Shown here: positions 62,721-64,000 of the stretch, piece by piece
How the letters are laid out: every line of letters begins with the position of its first letter
How positions within the stretch are numbered: the first letter of the stretch is position 1
DNA from: Botryllus schlosseri
Taxonomy: Eukaryota
Reading direction: 5' to 3'
Assembly: GCA_051294905.1 (NCBI GenBank)
Contig: CM119372.1
Coordinates: forward strand, 2,730,001 to 2,794,000
Length of the DNA stretch: 64,000 nt
Notes under the pieces: generated by a model
Seen by the model: the letters and a program-made list of their open reading frames with translations, nothing else
Database searches by the model: none
Told to the model about the DNA's origin: nothing
Program-made: the position numbers and the translations under genes

Positions 62721-64000
62721 CCCAAAATATGCAAATTTTCACGAAGTTAGCCATATTACTTTTCGATACCATATAAAAATCCACACTTTTATTAAATAAT
62801 AAGTTATGTGGCCAAGGGCTCAATTGAATTAGCAAGAAAAAAGGTACTGGTATCGACCTAGGCCGATGCTTTCAACCATTTTTGGTTAGAAGATGCAATC
62901 ATCCGAGGATATTTCACACACATATTTGATGCAAACTGTAGGATATGGCAAGAAAAATAAATATTACATTTACTATCAGCTATAGGTCTAATGCCTCATT
63001 TAGCTTATCCAGTGTAAGTTGAAACTCCTATACGCTCTATAATGAGGATCAAGATGAAGATCTTGGGAATAGCAGACAAATGCTCAAGATTTCGAAATCG
63101 AAGATGATTCAGAAAGTAGAGTAGTTTATCAACACAGGTTATTGATCTGACTTAAGCTTTGGGACTAGAAATAGAAATCTTCGGAACTTTTAACATCCTT
63201 ACGAAGTGAGAAAAGATTACTTGGCAAGGTATAAAGAAAGTAACTCACTTTCGATCAGGAGAAACATCCTTTTCTTCGTAGGCCTACTTTCGATAGCTTT
63301 AAGTAATGCCGCGATACTGGCATTGGCGTGGTACTGTTACCATGGATTACTGGAGGAGTTGGGAATCCCGATTTACAACTCAAGTGAATGGCAGTTGCCT
63401 ATAGGTAGCTCAAAAAGAATCCTAAAGTGTGGCATTCTCCAAAATGCCAACGTCTTAGGAGCAGTAACAATTGCACACTCAGTTATAGTCATCGTGAATT
63501 ATATACAGAACCATTGAGAACAGTACAGAAACATTGAATTGATGCAATATCAAGAGCACGATCGGATCATATGTATCAGCTTTGAAATATTGTGCATTCT
63601 TAGTGGTCATGGTCAGACAACAAGGAAGCACATGTTACCCTGATACACATGTGTCACAGCCATATGTTTATGTCGGACAGCAGACATTACAAAAAGCTAA
63701 AATATCTAAATAATTTCCCGGAAAACCTTGACATAGTCAGAGGTGGGAAGGAGAAAATGTCCCCCAACATCTGAAGATCTTGGGAGTAAGGTACCTAAGT
63801 AGATTGGAGCTTAAATATGGTACCTGACTATTGCCCGAGTATCAAACTAGACAACCTATAGAATTAATGGTTATTAGCGTAAATTTGGACCCTGGAACTC
63901 GCACTTTATTTGTCCTGTAGAAGCAATATCAGATTAAATCAACCAATTGAAGCGGTGCAAATGATCATTTGAAGTCTATTGATTTACTTCCGACTATGCT

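Noticed and set aside
63206..63517. Hydrophobic ORF as candidate GPCR TM1 exon
   Set aside because: It is on the + strand, opposite to the GPCR, and the minus-strand frames I read gave no TM1. Left unassigned.

Overview
Repeat-dense animal nuclear DNA. The GPCR family and MITE types suggest a marine invertebrate, probably an ascidian (inference). Two host genes can be spliced by hand: CCDC43 (+, 4 exons, 23963-30968, 216 aa) and a rhodopsin-class 7TM GPCR (-, 7 exons 61508-48583, TM1 exon not found). Most of the rest is transposon-derived. (i) 277-23769 is a roughly 23.5-kb nest. A foldback-like element holds a CR1/L2 fragment, a second foldback element and a 17-kb CCC/TA EnSpm-like element. 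The EnSpm-like element holds a 9.3-kb MULE encoding SWIM, Ulp1-protease and PHD remnants, which in turn holds hAT elements. (ii) A young I-group LINE (ORF1 plus APE-RT-RNase H ORF2, 34795-39995) is flanked by an apparently identical 1,561-bp direct duplication; this is the most unusual feature of the window. (iii) There are many hAT, Chapaev3 and TA-flanked MITEs. All calls come from reading the sequence by eye; no searches were run.
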